Below are positions 27,776-31,542 of a DNA stretch of 31,542 bases, piece after piece. Within the stretch, counting starts at the first letter, position 1. Each line of letters starts with the position of its first letter. Source of the DNA: an uncultured Acetobacteraceae bacterium (GTDB taxonomy: Bacteria > Pseudomonadota > Alphaproteobacteria > Acetobacterales > Acetobacteraceae); NCBI GenBank assembly GCA_964236755.1, contig CAXSHI010000029.1, positions 1 to 31,542 of the forward strand, in the 5' to 3' direction. The notes under the pieces were generated by a model. That model saw nothing but the letters and a program-made list of their open reading frames with translations, had not been told where the DNA came from and searched no databases. The position numbers were made by a program, and so were the translations under genes.

Positions 27776-27994
27776 ATGACCGACAACACCAAGACCGAGC
27801 ACGCCGACCGCGCCGTGGGCGGCCCCGGCAGCAGCAAGCAGAACGCCGACAAGCCGGAAACCCACCACCACAACGCGCGCGAGCGGCAGCAGCAGAAAGG
27901 CCGCAACGACTCCGGCGACCACCAGGGGCCGCCCGATGGCGGCACCCGCCCGGACGGCCGCCACGGCCCCGAGGCGCCGCGGCATCCCAAGTAG
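27776..27994 (+). CDS. Small (72 aa) hydrophilic His/Asp/Gln/Gly-rich protein, probably intrinsically disordered (stress-protein-like)
   Basis: Strong AAGGAG SD 6 nt upstream of ATG 27776. GC3 near 100% across the ORF (MTDNTKTEHADRAVGGPGSSKQNADKPETHHHNARERQQQKGRNDSGDHQGPPDGGTRPDGRHGPEAPRHPK). No hydrophobic segment. The overlapping 27724..28035 frame is Arg/Pro junk. Confidence 0.5.
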   Translation: MTDNTKTEHADRAVGGPGSSKQNADKPETHHHNARERQQQKGRNDSGDHQGPPDGGTRPDGRHGPEAPRHPK

Positions 27995-28102
27995 CGGCGC
28001 CGCCACGGACGTTCAACCACCCCGAAAAACCGTAATTCAAGCTTAACAGCCCGTGTAGGATCGGCGGATATAACCCTGTGCAAACAATGGGGCTGTGCGC
28101 CG

Positions 28103-29554
28103 ATGCTGTCACGGATTTGTGTTGCCGCCGCGATCATCGGCGGGGCCATGCCTTCCAGCCCCGCCGGTGCCGCGGTGGTCAACCACTGGGTCCAGTTCGC
28201 GCCGGATGACACGGTGCTGATCCGCGCCATCGAGGACGACCCGGGCAACGGCTGCCCGGCTGCCTCGGTGGACGGCCGGCCGGTCCCGCTCACGCAGCGC
28301 GGCCCCGTCACGGCCGCGGCGGAGGCGCCCAAGACCTACTACCCCGTCCTGATGTGCGAGAGCGCGCCGATCCCGGCCTTCGGCCACGTCGCCGCGGACG
28401 TGGCGGGCGTTGCGCTGAAGATGCCGCTGGCCCACCCGCGCCGCATCCTGGTGGTCGGCGACACCGGCTGCCGCGTCACGAGCGCCGTGTCCGGCACGCA
28501 GGACTGCAACGACCCCCAGCAGTTCCCGCTGGAGTTCCTCTCGAACTACGCCGCCACGTTCAAGCCGGACCTGATCGTCCACGTCGGCGACTTCTTCTAC
28601 CGCGAGCAGCCCTGTCCCACGGGCTTTGCCGGCTGCGAGAACAACCCGGCCTTCGACAACTGGGATTCCTGGTACGCCGACTGGTTCGGCCCGGCGAGGA
28701 ACCTGATCGCCGCAGCACCGCTCGCCCTGAGCCGCGGCAACCACGAAAGCTGCAACCGCGGCGCGCGCGGCTGGTTCCGGCTGCTCGACGTGCACCCCTA
28801 CGACCAGGACGCGGTGGACTGCACCGGACCCTACGTGCCGATGACGGGGGCGCCGGGCGCCGCGGGTCCGCTGACGCCCTACGACTACACGCCGCCCTAC
28901 GTCGTGCAGGCCGGCCGGGTGTCGCTGGTGATGTTCGACTCCAGCGACTCCAACACCAATGCGGCCGACCTCAAGACGGTTTCCACCGACGGCCGGACGC
29001 TGCCGGACATCTACAAGGAGCAGCTCGCCGCCGTGCTGACGCCGCTGGCCCATCGCCACGTCTTCTACGTCACGCACAAATCGACCTACGACATCCGGCT
29101 GGCCAAGCTGAACGGCAACCTCGCGGGCGGCGACGCCACGCAGCAGTCGGTGTTCGACAGCCTGACGCCCGGCGCGGTGCCGGCGCAGGTCAAGCTGCTG
29201 ATCTCGGGCCATGACCACCAGTTCCAGGTGGTCGATTTCCAAGGGGGCGACTACGCGCCGCAGCTGGTCGTCGGCAATTCCGGCACGCTGCTCGACAACA
29301 ACGACGGCAACCAGCCGCAGGCGTTCGTGCCGGACACCGCCGGCAGCAACGCCGGCGCGATCTATGCCCTGCCCGGCGTCGAGGGGACGCCCACCATCGC
29401 CATCCGGGCCACCGCCGACCGTTCCGAGTACGGCTTCACGGTGTTGGACGCCACGGAGGGCGGGTATGTCGCCCAGGTCCACAACCTGACATCCAACACG
29501 CTCGCCCGCTGCGTCGTCAGGCTCGACCCGCGCTCGATGCGCTGCGCGCGTTGA
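28103..29554 (+). CDS. Secreted metallophosphoesterase (calcineurin-like phosphoesterase family)
   Basis: Signal peptide MLSRICVAAAIIGGAMPSSPAGAA. Metal-ligand motifs ILVVGDTGC, HVGDFFY, LSRGNHE, ISGHDHQ in canonical order (GDxxY/GNHE/GHxH). AT-rich promoter-like region 28020..28102 upstream. Confidence 0.75.
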   Translation: MLSRICVAAAIIGGAMPSSPAGAAVVNHWVQFAPDDTVLIRAIEDDPGNGCPAASVDGRPVPLTQRGPVTAAAEAPKTYYPVLMCESAPIPAFGHVAADVAGVALKMPLAHPRRILVVGDTGCRVTSAVSGTQDCNDPQQFPLEFLSNYAATFKPDLIVHVGDFFYREQPCPTGFAGCENNPAFDNWDSWYADWFGPARNLIAAAPLALSRGNHESCNRGARGWFRLLDVHPYDQDAVDCTGPYVPMTGAPGAAGPLTPYDYTPPYVVQAGRVSLVMFDSSDSNTNAADLKTVSTDGRTLPDIYKEQLAAVLTPLAHRHVFYVTHKSTYDIRLAKLNGNLAGGDATQQSVFDSLTPGAVPAQVKLLISGHDHQFQVVDFQGGDYAPQLVVGNSGTLLDNNDGNQPQAFVPDTAGSNAGAIYALPGVEGTPTIAIRATADRSEYGFTVLDATEGGYVAQVHNLTSNTLARCVVRLDPRSMRCAR

Positions 29555-29578
29555 CGGCGTGAGGGGCCGCAAGCCGCG

Positions 29579-31495
29579 TTGAACGCGCTGCACCCGCCAC
29601 CCTTGGCGCCGGGGGCCGGGGCGCTGGAGGCTTGGCCGGACGCCGCCGGCACGCTGCGGCTGGTCCGCCGGCTGAGCGGCGGCTGCGCCGCCGTCCTGCT
29701 GCTGCTCGGCGCGGTAGGCGCGACGCCGCTCGGCGCCGAGGCCCGCTCCAGCGGGTTGGCCGGCGTCGCGGCGGGTGCTGTGCTGCTGGCGCTGGCGGGG
29801 CTGCTGGCGACGCTGGCGATGGCTTGGGCGCGGTCGCGCCTCGGCCGGGCCAGCCCGCCGCTTGCGCCGGTGCGGGGCCGCTGGGCGCGTCTGCTGCCTC
29901 GTCGCCCGGGCCAGCTCGACGCGGCCGAGCGCCTGGCGCGGATGGCGCGCCGTCCCCAGGGGATCATCGTCCCGGTCCTCTGCGCGTTCACTGCGTGGGC
30001 TGTCTGGCGCTGGCCCGCAACAGCCGGCCCGCTGCCGCACGCCACGCTGCTGGGCGGGGGCGCCGTCGTGCTCGGCTTCCCGCTGCTGGTGATGGAGCGG
30101 ATCGTGGCCGCGGCGCCCCGCGCACGCCTGCCGGAAGCGCCGGCGCTTGAAGCCTTGCTGTTCGTGCCGACCGCCGCCATCCCGCTGGCGGGGCTGCTGC
30201 ACATCCTGGCCGGGTCCGGCATGGCCTGGGCGCGTCCGGCCATGGCGCTGGTCGGCCTTTACCTGTGCGTCGTCGCGGCCGAGCTGACGGTCCGCGCCCT
30301 GGCGAACTGGTTCCTGCCGCCGCCGCCGCTCGCGGCGGCACGGGCGGCGGTGGGAAGCCTTGCGGCGCTGCTGCTGCGGCCTGGCCGCATCCCGGGCGGC
30401 CTCGCGGTGCCGATCCGGACCCACCTTGGCCTGGATTTCTCCCGGAGCTGGGCGCTCCGCTACGCGCGGGCCGCGGCGCTGCCGATGGCGGCGTGCCTGG
30501 GGCTGGCGGCATGGGGCCTCTCCGGCGCCACGCTGCTCGGCCTCGATCAGCGCGGGATCTATGAGCGGCTCGGCGCGCCCGCAGCCGTTTGGCCGCCCGG
30601 CGCGCATCTGGGCCTGCCATGGCCATTCGGCCGGGTCCGCCGGGTGGAGCTGGGCGTCGTGCATTCCGTGGCGCTCGGGGGGGCGCTCGGGGGTGCCGAC
30701 GCCGCCGACATGCGCACCAGCGCGGAGGGCCCGGCGCCCGCCTCCGCCGACCGGCTCTGGGACCGGGCGCACCCGGCGGAGGTGTCCTACCTGCTCGCCA
30801 GCCTCGACACGTCCGGCGGGCAAAGCTTCCAGGTGGTCAGCGTGGACCTCAAGGTGCTGTTCCGGACGGGCCTCGACGACGCCTCCGCCCTGCGCGCCGC
30901 CTACGCCGTCGAGGCGCCCGAGGCCTTGGTGCGGGCCGAGGCCGGGCGATTGCTCGCCCGGGTGCTGGCCGGCAAGATGCTGGACGACATGCTGGGCGAG
31001 CGCCGGGAAACGCTGGCCGAAAGCCTCCGGGCGCAGCTGCAGGCCGAGCTGGACCGGCTGGGCAGCGGCGTCGAGCTGGTCGGCGCCGTGATCGAGGCGA
31101 TCCACCCGCCCGCCGCCGCGGCCGAGGCCTACCACAACGTCCAGGCCGCCGAGATCATCGCCCGCACTGCGGTCGCCACCGAACGGGGCCGCGCGCAGGC
31201 CTCGGCCGCCGCCGCGCGCCAGGCCTCGACCGACCTCACATCCAGCGCTCGCGGGGCAGCGGCGGAGGTGACGGGCCAGGCGGACACGGCGCTGCGGGTC
31301 TTCACCGCCGACCAGGACGCCGCCCGCGCCGGCGGCCCGGCCTTCCTGCTGGAACGCTACCTCGCCAACCTGTCCACGGCGCTGGCCAAGTCGCCTTTGA
31401 TGATCGTGGACCACCGCCTGCACGGCGCGGACGCCCCGGTGATCGACCTGCGCTCCTTCGGCGCGCCCGCCGGCCGGCCCGCTGACGACGACTGA
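29579..31495 (+). CDS. Polytopic membrane protein with C-terminal SPFH/band-7 (HflK/C-like) domain
   Basis: High GC3 throughout this frame. First ~320 aa contain ~8 hydrophobic helices (AAVLLLLGAVGA, VAAGAVLLALAGLLATLAMAWA, IVPVLCAFTAWAVW, LLGGGAVVLGFPLLVM, LLFVPTAAIPLAGLLHILAG, ALVGLYLCVVAAELTV, VGSLAALLL, LPMAACLGLAAWGL). Then QRGIYERLGAPAAVWPPGAHLGLPWPFGRVRRVELGV and …FQVVSVDLKVLFRTGLDDASALRAAYAV…GVELVGAVIEAIHPPAAAAEAYHNVQAAEIIARTAV, matching SPFH core motifs. Start uncertain: TTG 29579 is the first in-frame start after a TGA, and the first ATG is at 29819. The giant minus ORF 28109..31510 is an artefact. Confidence 0.65.
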   Translation: MNALHPPPLAPGAGALEAWPDAAGTLRLVRRLSGGCAAVLLLLGAVGATPLGAEARSSGLAGVAAGAVLLALAGLLATLAMAWARSRLGRASPPLAPVRGRWARLLPRRPGQLDAAERLARMARRPQGIIVPVLCAFTAWAVWRWPATAGPLPHATLLGGGAVVLGFPLLVMERIVAAAPRARLPEAPALEALLFVPTAAIPLAGLLHILAGSGMAWARPAMALVGLYLCVVAAELTVRALANWFLPPPPLAAARAAVGSLAALLLRPGRIPGGLAVPIRTHLGLDFSRSWALRYARAAALPMAACLGLAAWGLSGATLLGLDQRGIYERLGAPAAVWPPGAHLGLPWPFGRVRRVELGVVHSVALGGALGGADAADMRTSAEGPAPASADRLWDRAHPAEVSYLLASLDTSGGQSFQVVSVDLKVLFRTGLDDASALRAAYAVEAPEALVRAEAGRLLARVLAGKMLDDMLGERRETLAESLRAQLQAELDRLGSGVELVGAVIEAIHPPAAAAEAYHNVQAAEIIARTAVATERGRAQASAAAARQASTDLTSSARGAAAEVTGQADTALRVFTADQDAARAGGPAFLLERYLANLSTALAKSPLMIVDHRLHGADAPVIDLRSFGAPAGRPADDD

Positions 31496-31542
31496 TACCA
31501 GTTGCCACAACCGCTGACTCTGATGTGATCCGCAACGTGGCT

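Noticed and set aside
28109-31510. 1133-aa minus-strand ORF
   Set aside because: Antisense to the metallophosphoesterase and SPFH genes. No motifs. Composition typical of the wrong frame at 70% GC.

Overview
High-GC (~68-70%) chromosomal segment that looks alpha-proteobacterial, with about 30 genes. There are no rRNA, tRNA or CRISPR features. Many of the long ORFs in the six-frame track are alternate-frame artefacts; real frames were picked by protein-family signatures and third-codon-position GC. The genes, left to right, are: (i) a minus-strand, translationally coupled uracil-catabolism (URC-type) cluster, GTP-cyclohydrolase-II-like URC1, DUF1688/URC4-like and upp, followed by the N-terminus of an ABC importer ATPase; (ii) a divergent emrRAB-like efflux operon (MarR regulator, HlyD/EmrA fusion protein, EmrB/QacA MFS pump); (iii) a lower-GC islet (~7.1-10.4 kb), all minus strand, encoding a proline-rich tandem-repeat membrane protein, a small basic ORF, a frameshifted membrane coiled-coil gene (DUF4407-like) and a secreted ClpP/SppA-fold COG3904-like protein; (iv) housekeeping and accessory genes: beta-lactamase-family esterase, KdgT permease, PepSY secreted protein, SAM methyltransferase, PPK2 polyphosphate kinase, Kup K+ transporter, PAS-containing soluble MCP; (v) an OmpR-family response regulator/histidine kinase pair immediately upstream of degP/htrA; (vi) a stress/storage-like patch: small conserved ORF, phasin-family protein, DUF2382/YsnF protein, amidase, GST, a tiny His-rich hydrophilic ORF with a candidate EcfG-type promoter, a secreted metallophosphoesterase, and a polytopic membrane protein with a C-terminal SPFH/band-7 domain. 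Non-coding structure includes a ~108-bp tandem repeat, a 16-bp tandem duplication, and two REP-like palindromes that share a GCCCTTTGC core.
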